This document shows positions 1-10,734 of a DNA stretch of 20,000 nt, in pieces. The number at the start of each line of letters is the position of its first letter. Position 1 is the stretch's first letter. The position numbers and the translations under genes were made by a program. The notes under the pieces are model-generated. The model was given only the letters and a program-made list of their open reading frames with translations, had not been told where the DNA came from and did not search any database. The stretch is from Tricharina praecox (taxonomy: Eukaryota): assembly GCF_024521635.1 (NCBI RefSeq), contig NW_026250423.1, positions 676,802 through 696,801 of the forward strand. The letters are read 5' to 3'.

Positions 1-49
1 TCCTCCTCCTCCTCCATGCGCTGTGGGGAACAGCGAAGGGTGGTGGGGC

Positions 50-115
50 ATTGTGATTGTGATTGTGATTGTGATTGTGATTGTGATTGTGATTGTGATT
101 GTGATTGTGATTGTG
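50..115. repeat. (ATTGTG)11 hexanucleotide microsatellite
   Basis: Perfect tandem run followed by degenerate copies up to ~130. Confidence 0.97.
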
Positions 116-325
116 AATGTGAATTTGTGATATGCAGCCTCGAGTACATACTGATCAAGTAGTTACCGGTACTCTACATAAGGAAGTATGTAAGAAGTGA
201 GAAGTACTTGCCTACCGCGCTGTGCTGCACTCTACATAGACTCTGGAATACGGTATGTAGTACTCTACTATGTAGAGTAGGTGCGCCTAAATCCAGAACC
301 GATAAAGCATGCCCAACCCGCAGCC

Positions 326-366
326 CATCCCGCGCCTCCATCCCGCGCCTCCATCCCGCGCCTCCA
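326..366. repeat. 13-bp tandem repeat (CCATCCCGCGCCT) x~3
   Basis: Read directly from the sequence. Confidence 0.85.
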
Positions 367-1283
367 TTCCGCAGGCCGCTGTCCCCGGCCCGCACATGGG
401 CCCGCACATGGACACGGACATTGCAAGGGCAAGGAATGGACCAGGACATGGGCATGGACAAGGAACTCTGGGGCCGATATCGATAAGTCCTTAGTTGGCC
501 ATGGCATGAGCTGAAGTCCCATCCCATCGCGCCGGGGGAGGTGGACGTCATCGAAGACATGGGGCAGGATCTGAGTATTGCATGTATGGTACTTGCAAAC
601 TCCGGTTCTGGGTGGCTCCAAGCGACGGCACCGCGAAGGCTCCACAAGGTAACTACTCCACTGCTCCAGTCCGTTTGTTTTTTTTCCTGCTTGCTGGCCT
701 GCTTGCTGGCCTCGTCGCGCGCAAAGCAGGTCAGGGCTGAACACTGCGGTGCGGGTGTAATCCGGTTATCGTCGCGGTGTGGCCGATTGACACTGCCACA
801 TGGCCACATGGTTACTGAGGGGGGGAATCGCAAATTCTTCCGAAGCGCTACAGGTGGGTCCGTGGTCGGTGGTCAGTGGTTGTGCTATCATGTTGGCTTC
901 ATGCTTCGCATTCGCAGCGCCGCAGAGCAGCAGAGCAGCCCATGCCATGCCATGGCGAGGACCAGGAAATTGGGCGGCGATACGATGCGATGCGATGCGA
1001 GGTGAGGCGATCCGGTGTGGTGCGGAATGTGTGTAAGAAGTGTGCACCCTCTCTCAAGCTTTTGCAGTGTGCACGGTGGAGAGCGCACGGGAGTTGCTGG
1101 TTGGTTGCTGGTGAGGTGCCGGTTGGACTGGTCGGTTCCTTGCCTTCCTTCCTCCTCCTCCTGCTCCTCTCTCGAGCTCGAGCTCGAGCTCTCGCGCGCT
1201 CACTGCTCTGTGCGCGGTGTGCGGTGTGCGGTGTGCGATGCATCTTCAGGCTTCAGGCTTCAGCGAAGCAAAGCACATGCGCC

Positions 1284-1357
1284 AGAAGCAAGAAGCAGAA
1301 GCAAGAAGCAGAAGCAAGAAGCAGAAGCAAGAAGCAGAAGCAAGAAGCAAGAAGCAA
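1284..1357. repeat. Compound (AGAAGC/AGAAGCA)n repeat
   Basis: Read directly from the sequence; it produces the spurious KKQKQEAEARS ORFs. Confidence 0.93.
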
Positions 1358-1685
1358 CCGCCCGATCGAGTACAGCAACGCAGCAAGCAGCAACCAAGCG
1401 ATGCGAGTGAGAAGGCACCGGTAGATTACGTGCGTGCGTGTAGTCAATAACCGTGCACGCTCGTCAGTAGCCCTGTCTCTGCTCTTGCTCTTGCTCTTTG
1501 CTCTTGAAAGCTGAGTATTTGCCGCCGAAGCATCGAGCGGCGAGCAAACGAACCCGAGACTCGAGTCGCTCACAGGCCCCGCATATTGACATATGATATG
1601 CACAGAGAAAAGTTTGAATGCACCCATCATAGGTATGCAGTAACTCACGGATACCACCGTCCATACCACCGTACAACTTGTGCTT

Positions 1686-1706
1686 CTGCTGCTGCTGCTG
1701 CTGCTG
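1686..1706. repeat. (CTG)7 microsatellite
   Basis: ctgctgctgctgctgctgctg. Confidence 0.9.
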
Positions 1707-2095
1707 TGTGCTTTTCGTTTCTTTCCTTCTCTTTTCTTTCCTTCTCTTTTGCTTGTCTTCTCCACGACCCTGCAGCGCAGCGGCGCAGCTACGGTACACG
1801 GAGCCTGTGCTTGGGAACTGCCGCCGCAGAGGGGAGGGCACGACTGGCCGTTGTCAAAGACAAAAGACACAAAAGAGGGCGTAGGCGCTGCCGGCGGGTA
1901 CGTACGTGCAGCTGGACGGAGTCTCATGATGTGCTGGAGTGGGGACACCGGTCCAGCTCTACGGGTACTATGATGGATACTGCAGGCAGACTGTGCGAGC
2001 CTCTGCGAGACTCTGCGAGGGAGCGAGGGCATGGTGCGGTATTGGAATACATACTGGAGGACTGGGGTACCGGTGAAGCAACGATGATTCCCCAT

Positions 2096-2126
2096 GTACC
2101 CAAGTACCCAAGTACCCAAGTACCCA
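2096..2126. repeat. (GTACCCAA)~4 octamer repeat
   Basis: gtacccaagtacccaagtacccaagtaccca. Confidence 0.9.
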
Positions 2127-2610
2127 CCTACCAATGCGAACCCGAAACCCATCGCAAACAAAAGTGCACTCTCACAAGCTGATGACAGAAAGAGGTCACG
2201 CCGTCACACATACACAACCAACAGACATCTACCGCCGACCGGTATCTACATTCTATCTATGTGTCGTAATGTTTGGTAGCGAGACGGCCCCCTCCCCCCC
2301 ATCTCTCCCCTCCCTCCCCTCCATTCCTCACCCGGGCACCGACCCGACTTACTTTTTCCTTCTTTTTTTCTCATTCCTGTTCTTTCCTGTCCTGTTCTGT
2401 TCTACCTATTCTGCTCTGTTCACCGGTGGGACCGGAAGTGCCTGCTGCTTTTGTTTTCGCTAGCGTCATGTCGACGCGTGAGCGGCGAAGACCGACGACC
2501 AAAAGACCGAGGTTACTTTTCTGGGCAACTCGCTGTTCTGTGAGCACTCGCTGCAAGCACAAGACAGCTGCATCATCATCGTCTGGGATTCTGTGCTGTA
2601 TGCAATTCTG

Positions 2611-2670
2611 TTTCTCTGTGTGCGTTTCTGTTTCTCTGTGTGCGTTTCTGTTTCTCTGTGTGCGTTTCTG
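2611..2670. repeat. 20-bp minisatellite (TTTCTCTGTGTGCGTTTCTG) x3
   Basis: Three perfect copies plus partial flanks. Confidence 0.93.
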
Positions 2671-2708
2671 TTTCTGTTTCCTCAGACTGCAAGCACGGCC
2701 GATGGTTA

Positions 2709-2731
2709 ACCACCACCACCACCACCACCAC
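2709..2731. repeat. (ACC)~7 microsatellite
   Basis: accaccaccaccaccaccaccac. Confidence 0.9.
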
Positions 2732-4400
2732 TAGATACTACAAACAACAGAAGAGGTATGCATACATACCTCCTATACTCCGTAGGTAGTAGGTTATGCA
2801 TCATCCGCATCGGCATTAACAGCGCATCAGCGCATCAGCGGTACGGTATCGTGAGATTGCCGCCGCCGAGGAAAAATAGGCATCAATGTAAGTATGATAT
2901 ACTTTAGCTTTAGAGCAGCTTTCGCGATCAGTCGCTACATACCGTTTTCCCCCTCCCCACCCTTCTCATGTACTCTGTGTATGTAGAGTACGCGTACCCC
3001 GCCCCGAAGAACAATCCAGATTCCACAGCCCGCCGGTCTAGGTACTGCTGCTGGTGCTGGTGCTGCAGCTTTCTCGTGGCCCGTTAAACTACTTCTACGA
3101 GCAACTAGCTCCAGGGCCTGCCTGCACGATGGAAGGAAGGATGGTTTGGATGGATGGATGGATGAACCCGGACCCGAGCTCTAGATAACTTCTAAGCGCC
3201 CGCTGTGCAGAAACTGTCCTGCTAGTCCACGACTGCACGACTCCACGACTCCACGTCGCGTCGGGATTTACTGTACTCTACTGGAGATATGTATTCGATG
3301 CATACGCTCTGCGGGTCTGCAAGTCTGCAAGTCTTGCTCTCCTCAGTGCATAAACTCACTTATGCACGCATTCGCGTCGTCGTTGTCGTCGTTGTCGTCG
3401 TGTCGTCGAAGGCGCCTGCTGGTCCATCAAACGGAGTGGTTTCCTGCGCAGGAGTCGAGTGCGCCGTGTGCACTGTGCACTGTGCAGAGTATCGGAAAGA
3501 ATCTTCCGCCCCCATTGCGAGGGACGGACTCGCAAAATCATTTCATTTTCTTTCCACGACACGGACTGGCACAGTGGCAGGGCGCTTCATCGACCCTCGC
3601 CATTCGTTCATTCTTCCTTTTGCACTTTGCCTGCCAAGCGAGGGAACGAGGACGAATGCGAGGCTCGCTAATCTGCGTTCTGCGGTCGGTCTGCGTTCTC
3701 GCGAGTCGCCACCCCTCGCGTGCCTGTCGGCTCTAACTCTACTAACTAGCTCTAATAACTAGTAGAGTACCTAGGATGGATATGGATATGGGGGGAGATG
3801 GGGGTGGGGGTGAGGGTGAGAGAAGATGGGGCGAATTCAAGTCGAAGTGGACGGGACGGGACAAGGCGGAACGCGATATGATATGATATGAGATGTTAGA
3901 TAGATCCAACATGTTGAGCTCTGTTGGTTTCTCCTCTGGATACATACCTGGTCTACGGAGCTGTTGGAACTCTACTTAACGGAGCTGTTGGTATTTACTA
4001 TACTATTCTACAGAGCTGGGGGTAGGGGGAGGGGCCTGGTGGGGGACGGGGGGAGGGGGGTTCGCTAACTACTGTAACTATTGCAGCACGAAATCACGCA
4101 AGATGATCAACGATTGGTTATATGTAAACTATCATATGTAGCGCAATATAATGATGGATTGGGGGCAGTCACGGTCGCGGTCGTGGCCGCCCACCATGGT
4201 CTTGATCAATGCGACGAGTCTCCATAGCTCTAGTTACATACATGATACGGCACGGATGGTGCAGGTGCGGGTGTGATAAACGGTAGCCTAATTGTACTCT
4301 ACCTATCATAGGTATCTGGTAGCTACATACACGTATGTTGAGATGTAGAGTACATGGCGTGAGCTGTCATGATCCAACTGCATCCGTAGATACCGTATCC

Positions 4401-4439
4401 GTTCGTTCGTTCTTTCGTTCGTTCGTTCGTTCGTTCGTT
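4401..4439. repeat. (GTTC)n tetranucleotide microsatellite with one interruption
   Basis: gttcgttcgttctttcgttcgttcgttcgttcgttcgtt. Confidence 0.9.
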
Positions 4440-6119
4440 TTTCCCTGCCGGCTCGATGTTATAGGTGAAGTGGGGGAGGGGGGACGCCTGATCGCTAGCC
4501 CACCTACCTACGTCCGCACCTATGTAGCTGAGATATGTATCATGTTGTCCCATCACATCACATCACATCGGCACGGATGCTGCATGAGTTTTGAATTTCG
4601 CCAATTCGTCAATCCGAACCACTCGGATCCGTGGGCGTTGAACTTGCGCGTTGGGGGCCAAAAGTGAGGCCTCGCGAGGCCTCGCCTGGCGAATCGAATC
4701 GAGTCGAATCTGCCTCGCCAGGTTCCAGGCCGGAGTGATGGGCTGTGAGTCGCTCAAGAGGTCGAATCCTATGTATGCATGTATTGTACGAATTCCTCTG
4801 CCGTTCGTTCCCGGGTTCTGCGTGTCTCTGAAGTACATACTTGGCGAGGGCGTGCATGTATATAGTTGGTATGGTATGGGAGATATCTGCTCACGGGAAC
4901 AAACACCGGTCAAATCACAAGTACCAATGTACAGGTACTTACAGCAGGTACGCACATACACACTCGCAGCGAAATTTGCAGATGTTGCTCAGTGCCGAGT
5001 CTAGTTCTGGATGACTTGTAATTGGAATTCTCATGGTGAAAACCCTCGCCAAAAGGCATCAGAACCATCGCGATGCACCCAGCTCCTCCCCGCTGACCAC
5101 CCTATGCCCGTGCTCGTGCTCATGCCCATGCCCATGTGTATTCTATGTACGTGTGTAGATACCGTATGCATGCACTCCACATTCCTGAAGTGCAATTTTG
5201 CTTCTGCTAGACGCCACCTTGACGCATTGGGACTTATAGTTTTCTCGCCCCGCAACTGCACCGTAAGCCCGCTGTCCATGGGTTCAGCCGCGCGGATCAT
5301 ATCTCTATCTACTATCATACTCCATGTTTTGCTCGGTAGTAACTAGATCTCGCATGCATCCCATCCCCTCCCATCCCCTCCCCTCCCCTCCCCTCCCGCC
5401 CGCGTCCTGACTGCACTGGACTGCACTGGACTGGGCTTCCCCAGAAATTCACCCTGGCGCGCGGATGCTGGAGATGAGATGGGTATGTACTCTAGGTCGA
5501 TATGTGGGTATGTGGTAAGGTCAGGGCATCTCGCCTCGCGTCAACGGGCGCAGTACTGCTGCCAGTAGGTGGTAATGTGCGTTTGTTTCATATCGTTGCC
5601 GCTAGATATCGACGTAACACGGGCGTCGGGGACGTGATTTCCTTCTTTTCGCCCGTTGTTCACTCCCGAGCGGGGCTCCTGAGGTGTGGTGGAGGTGGAG
5701 TTTAGTCGCCGCTTGTTAGTTGTCTCAGGCAAGCCGCTATCCGAGCTGTTGTTGTGGTTGTCGTGATCTTGCACGGATGTGGGACACTGGTCCGCTCCGT
5801 TTAGTTAGTCTCCATTACCATTCCCCTCCCTCTTCTCTATCTATTGTTGCGCATCGTTGCGCACATTCATGCACTACTCTGAATACAGCAGATTGAGCGT
5901 CGGAGCTGAGAATCTTGAACCGTGAGATTTGCAGTGCAGTGCCAGTGCAGTACGGGCGGGCTGCGAGTGTGCTCAGCTAGCTAAGCTGGCTAGCTGCTCT
6001 AGAGTAGGTAGTGGGGAAGCGGCTCGCCTCGTATCGTATCGTCTCGCCCCTCCACCTCCACTCTTTGGCTGCTACCTATTGGCTATGATGTGACGGCGGG
6101 ACTCCAGTGGATTGAGGGT

Positions 6120-6151
<32 letters not shown>
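6120..6151 (+). repeat. Poly-G tract (32 G)
   Basis: Read directly from the sequence. Confidence 0.95.
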
Positions 6152-6152
<1 letters not shown>

Positions 6153-7332
6153 CGTTCTCGCTCCAGGATAGTTCTAGCTGCTCTGTGAAAGCGGATAAGC
6201 ATCATGTCTAAGGCCCCCCAGGGCTGGGGTATGTTCTGCGCCGAGAACCACGGCTACACTCTCGAATCAGAAGACCCACCATCTGTCGTCCAAGAGAAGC
6301 TACAGCCCTCCCTCCCTCGCTCGCTGTCCCGTGTCCCGTGTCCTCAAGATCGATCCAAACACATTCCTCGCTGGCGGGAGATGACTGGTCGCGTTGGACC
6401 AGGCTCTCTTACAACCTGTATGATACATACCCCGCCCATGCCTCGCCGCATTCCAAACGCGCGTTGGTGGTGGTTGTAACTTGTGTCGGATCGGGCGGGG
6501 TTCGTGACCGTCCCGTCCAGTTGTGGAAAAGAGTGAGTGCTTGCGTGTGAAGATGCTGTTTGCCCGCTGCGATCGCACTCTGGTTTGGTTGGCGGAGGAT
6601 ATGTAGAGTATGTGCATACGGACTCGGCCCTGGGGCACTCAACTCGTGCGAATCCTCTCTCCTCCTCCCGGACGGCGTCAAGCGCGCGAAAACCAGTCCA
6701 ACCCCTCGGCGCGATCACGCACTGGCACTCGCGCAACCCGGACTCGGACTCGGACTCGGAGCGTCGAGTGTGCATCGTACAGGACATAGAGTATATAATC
6801 TCAACCGGCGTATTCGCTTCGGCATCCCTGGGTACCTCCACGCACTCGCCCGTGCGTGGGTATCAGCGCAGGCTGTTCCTCGGTTCCTCTGTGCCCTCCC
6901 TCCCCCTTGGAACTTGATGTGAAGCGGATCGAAGCGGCAGTACGAAAGGCGAACGGTCAATCGCAGCCTGTAGTGGATGCGGAGCTAGGTACTATACTTT
7001 GAGTAGCCACAGAGTAGAGTAGGGTCGATACGGCCCAGCCGGGGTCGGAGGGACACAGGGACCGCCTGTGTGCGGCATGATTGGTCACTCGTGGGATAAC
7101 TAGAGAAACCGTTCATTCCACCTCATCCCCAAAAATTATCCGCCCAAACGACATCTTCATTCCTTACATAAAACTCCTATTCTCGGCCATCATCCGGCCT
7201 CTTATTTCGCCCTCTTCAACCGATCTTGGACTATGCCTCGACGTTGGCACACCTGCATTCCAGTAGCAATTAGCCGCGTTCCCGCTAACGGCAGCCAAGG
7301 GAAACAGCGACAAATTGTACTTATCGTCGGTC

Positions 7333-9667
7333 TCACTCCTCCATGGCAGCAATCGCTTTGAGCAGTCGCTTCACGATATCTGAATAGCGCTTTTGAGTGG
7401 CTATATTCAATGCCGTGAGACCCAGGCTGGTCTTGGCCTTTATGTTGGGATTCCGGCGGAGCAGTTCATCCACTATACTTGTGTGTCCGCTCTGGACCGC
7501 CAGGTGAAGCGCTGTCCAGCCGTCTCTATCCGTGGCCTTTATGTCGGCATTCCAGATAAGCAGTACCCGCACTGCATATATGCGCCCGCCCTCAGCCGCT
7601 ATGAGCAGTGCTGTGAGACCCCGGCTGGTCTTGGCCTCTATGTCGGCATTCCGATCGAGCAATAGCCTCAATGTCTTGTATCTTCCGTACGCGGCAGCCT
7701 CGTGGAGCGGTGTACGGTTGTCTTTCGTCGTAGCCTGTACGTCGGCATTCCGGTCGAGCAGTAACTGCACTGTATCTGGGTCAAAGTTCCGGGCTGCCAG
7801 ATGAAGCGGTGTCAAATCGTCTTTCGTCGTAGCCTTTATGTCGTCATTCCGGTCGAGCAGGAGCTGCACTGTAGCTGTGTGTCCCATCTGAGCCGCCAAC
7901 TGTAGCGCCGTACAACCGTGGAGCTCCTTGGCTTTAATGTCGGCATTCCGGTCGAGCAGAAGCTGCACTGTAGCTGTGTGTCCGTCTCCAGCCGCTGCGA
8001 GTAGTGCCGTATAACTTTTGTCATTCTTGGCCTCTATGTCGGCATTCCGATCGAGCAGTAGCCGCACTGTATTCGTGGATCCGTAATGTGCCGCTACGAT
8101 CAGCACCGTAGCACCCCCGAATCGCGTGGCTTTGATATCGGCATTACGGTCGAGCAGAAGCTGTACTGTAGCTGTGTGTCCGTTTCTGACTGCGTGGTGA
8201 AGCGATGTCCAGGAGTCATTATCTATCGCTTCGATGCCGGCATTTCGGTCGAGCAGTAGCTGCACTGTAGCTGTGTGTCCCATCTGAGCCGCGAACTGCA
8301 GCGCCGTAAAACCGTGGAGCTCCTTGGCTTCAATGTCGGCATTCCAGTCGAGAAGAAGCTGCACTGTAGCTGTGTGTCCGCCCCAAGCCGCTAAGTGAAG
8401 CGGCCTCCGAGACGCCTCCGCCTGCTCGGCCTCTATGTCAGCGCCCTGGTCGAGTAGGTGTTTCGCTGTATCGGTATGCCCGTTGATGACTGCGAAGTGA
8501 AGCGGAGTTCTTCCTGCAGTGGTGTCTATGGCCTCGATGCTGAGGCCCAGACTTTGTACGAGCGACATGACGGCGATGGTGTTTCCCCTGCCAGCGGCGG
8601 CGTGTAACAGAGACGTCCTGGAACTATAGGGTGTCATGTGATATCGAACTGAGGTGGTAAGATTGATGCTGCCCTTTCGAAGCCGTTGCAATTGCCCCAC
8701 AATGAGCCCCTCTCCGGCCACGCGGCCACCAGTTTCCCTCCCGCTCCGGCTGTACATGTCGCCATTGTTCAGCTCGGAAATATTTACTGGAAGACAAATG
8801 ATCGATAAGTTCGGAATCTGGGCCATGCTCAGCCCACTGAGCTGGCTCGACCTAGAATCCGACGTTCGGATGCTCCTAAGAGAGCCGATTGCTGAATTTC
8901 CGGCTGCCTGTTTATTCACTCCATTCTCAACCGGAGTCTGCTCATGCTCGGTTGAGAAATGGCGAAAGCACCTTTCCGATATTGTGGAGAGGATCGAAGT
9001 TCGGGAACGAACCGAGGATACATCATCATCCCCCGACGAAGCATCCACCATGCGCGCCTCGAGGCTCGGATTCGCCTCCATGATTGCCGTCATGAATCGT
9101 TTCAGTTCGGCCATGTCGCGTTGCACTTGCTGCGTCGACGAACTAAGGTACACCGTAAATGTCTGTAGCATGTACATACACGCGGTCATGGGGCATAAGA
9201 GGTGGGGGATAAACCGGAAATTATTGGACCTACCATGTGTAAATGCCGAGTAACAGGCTCAGAGATGTCTTATGCATTTGCAGGTTTCGCAGAATCTTCG
9301 CGATATCCTGGTCTTTTGCCGCCCATTTGCCGCGATCCCAGATACCAAACTTGGACTTGGGATCGTCGCTGTGGTCGGTCTTGAGGCCCTTGAGCTCTTT
9401 ATCGAGTTCGGAGAAAGTGCACACACAGCCCGTCAAAGTAGCGACCAGATCCTCGACGTAGATTCTAGATTTCCGGGCCATGCTCTGCTCAGTGAAGTGG
9501 ACTATGAAGTCCTCCAGCTGGCCAAAGATCGCGTGCAGTGATTTGACCTCGGCGAGCACGTTACGCGCGGTACTGGGAGCGTCGATAGTGGTGGAAAGGA
9601 GCCCGATGACCTTTGCTCCGATTTGCAATAGTCCCGTAACTGACGTTGCAACCGAAAGAGGGTCCAT
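7333..9667 (-). CDS. Paralog 1 (intact): HeLo-like N-terminal domain + conserved linker + 13 ankyrin repeats, no NOD; join(9667..9234, 9142..7333), 747 aa
   Basis: ORF 9230-9667 starts MDPLSVATSVTGLLQIGAKV and ends LQMHKTSLSLLLGIYT, typical of fungal Helo_like_N/STAND N-terminal domains. A GTAGGT donor at 9233 and a CTTAG acceptor ending at 9143 join it in frame (TG+T=Cys) to ORF 7333-9189. That ORF has 13 countable ~33-aa ankyrin repeats (T[PA]LHxAAxxGHTATVQLLLDRNADIEAK). Exons total 434+1810=2244 nt, divisible by 3. Confidence 0.88.
7336..8616 (-). repeat. ~99-bp-period ankyrin coding repeat array of paralog 1 (13 units)
   Basis: Recurrent + strand core gtcgagcagNagctgcactgtagctgtgtgtcc at multiples of 99 bp. 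Confidence 0.92.
9143..9233 (-). other. Phase-2 spliceosomal intron of paralog 1 (91 nt)
   Basis: TG|GTAGGT...TACCTTAG|T. The same position and phase occur in paralogs 2 and 3, and splicing restores the frame. Confidence 0.85.
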
Positions 9668-9741
9668 GACTTGCTAACCAAAGTATGGGTGTGTAGTGAG
9701 CTACCTATTGGACGCCGGCTGGTGGTAGAGATCCAGTGTCA

Positions 9742-9748
9742 TTATATA
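9742..9748 (-). promoter_or_regulatory. Putative TATA box (TATATAA) of paralog 1
   Basis: TATATAA on the minus strand about 75-80 bp upstream of the ATG at 9667; supported by motif and position only. Confidence 0.4.
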
Positions 9749-10563
9749 CCACAATATTCCCCGCAGATGCACAGCCCTGCGAAACACCTATCTAGGAGCC
9801 TCGTGGCTTAGCGGTACCGGTAGCTAGATACGAGCGGCATGCAGCCATTGGCAACGTTTCTTTTGAAAACCCGCCGGAGCACTTGGACACATCGGGCAGG
9901 ACGCCAGAAGGCACCGAGTCCGTCGGACGCGGCGGCGGTGGTGCACGTGGTGGCGGATTGCGAACCTAAATCGTGTGCAGAACGCTTCTCAAAATATCGA
10001 AGGCTAATCGTACGGCTCCATGTCTGGCGTACTGCGGGTATGATGACATAGCCCGGCAGAGGGAACGGTGAAAATAAACAAGATGGAAAAGTTGGGGTTG
10101 TATTCAACTTCGAAGAACCATCGAATATGGCTCTCCTCTGCTGCCTAGAACGTTTGGTGCCACCCGATCCGGCTAGTTCGGCTCTCCCTACCATTCGGAT
10201 ACACCGATCTGACTAGCTCATCCTCCTATCTTATCTGATCGCCCATCTATCCTACATCCCTCCTCCCATGGTGGTGGCAGACAACTCCCAGTCACAGCCG
10301 GGGGGCAGCTAACTACTAGGAGTCCTGTGGGGCATAGCGATCTCGAACCACCCGGCAGCGAATGTAATATACAAATACCTATTCAACAGGCGAGAGTACG
10401 GAAGAAATTCCCACTCGCACGTACCTACGGCATTCCCATCCCGATCCTCCGCTGCGACTGCCACAACTCTTATGTACGACTACTAATGTTACTACTATGT
10501 ACTGTGTATCACGTGGTCTCGTAGTCAGTCCATGTCCCCAGCAGGCGTACCTCGTGGGTCTCT

Positions 10564-10734
10564 CTACGAAGTTCCGATGGGGAGCACGGGCGTATTGGAG
10601 CCACTAGTGTCTATAGCCTCTAGCCCACGCGGCACCTGTGCTGCGGCATGATTGTCATTCTCTACAGCTAGGGGCAGCGGCGTTCAACAGTACTGATCTT
10701 TGGCCTGGACGTCAGCTCCGCGGTCGAGTAGCAA
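10564..10734 (-). pseudogene. Decayed ankyrin tail of paralog 2 beyond its current stop
   Basis: The frame continues as LLLDRGADVQAKDQYC*TPLPLAVENDNHAAAQVPRGLEAIDTSGSNTPVLPIGTS*, aligning with the paralog 3 C-terminus (LLLDHGAVVHARDRHGWTALQLAENNGHEATAQLLR). A second stop, TGA, lies at 10684-10686. Confidence 0.8.

Noticed and set aside
50..130. (ATTGTG)n as a telomeric repeat
   Set aside because: It is not TTAGGG-like, it is internal and short, and it is flanked by unique sequence.
174..6960. Many overlapping ORFs of 60-300 aa, including 1253-2161 (302 aa) and 174-833 (219 aa)
   Set aside because: Their translations are dominated by microsatellite-derived low-complexity runs, show no recognisable domain and overlap in all frames, as expected for GC-rich non-coding DNA.
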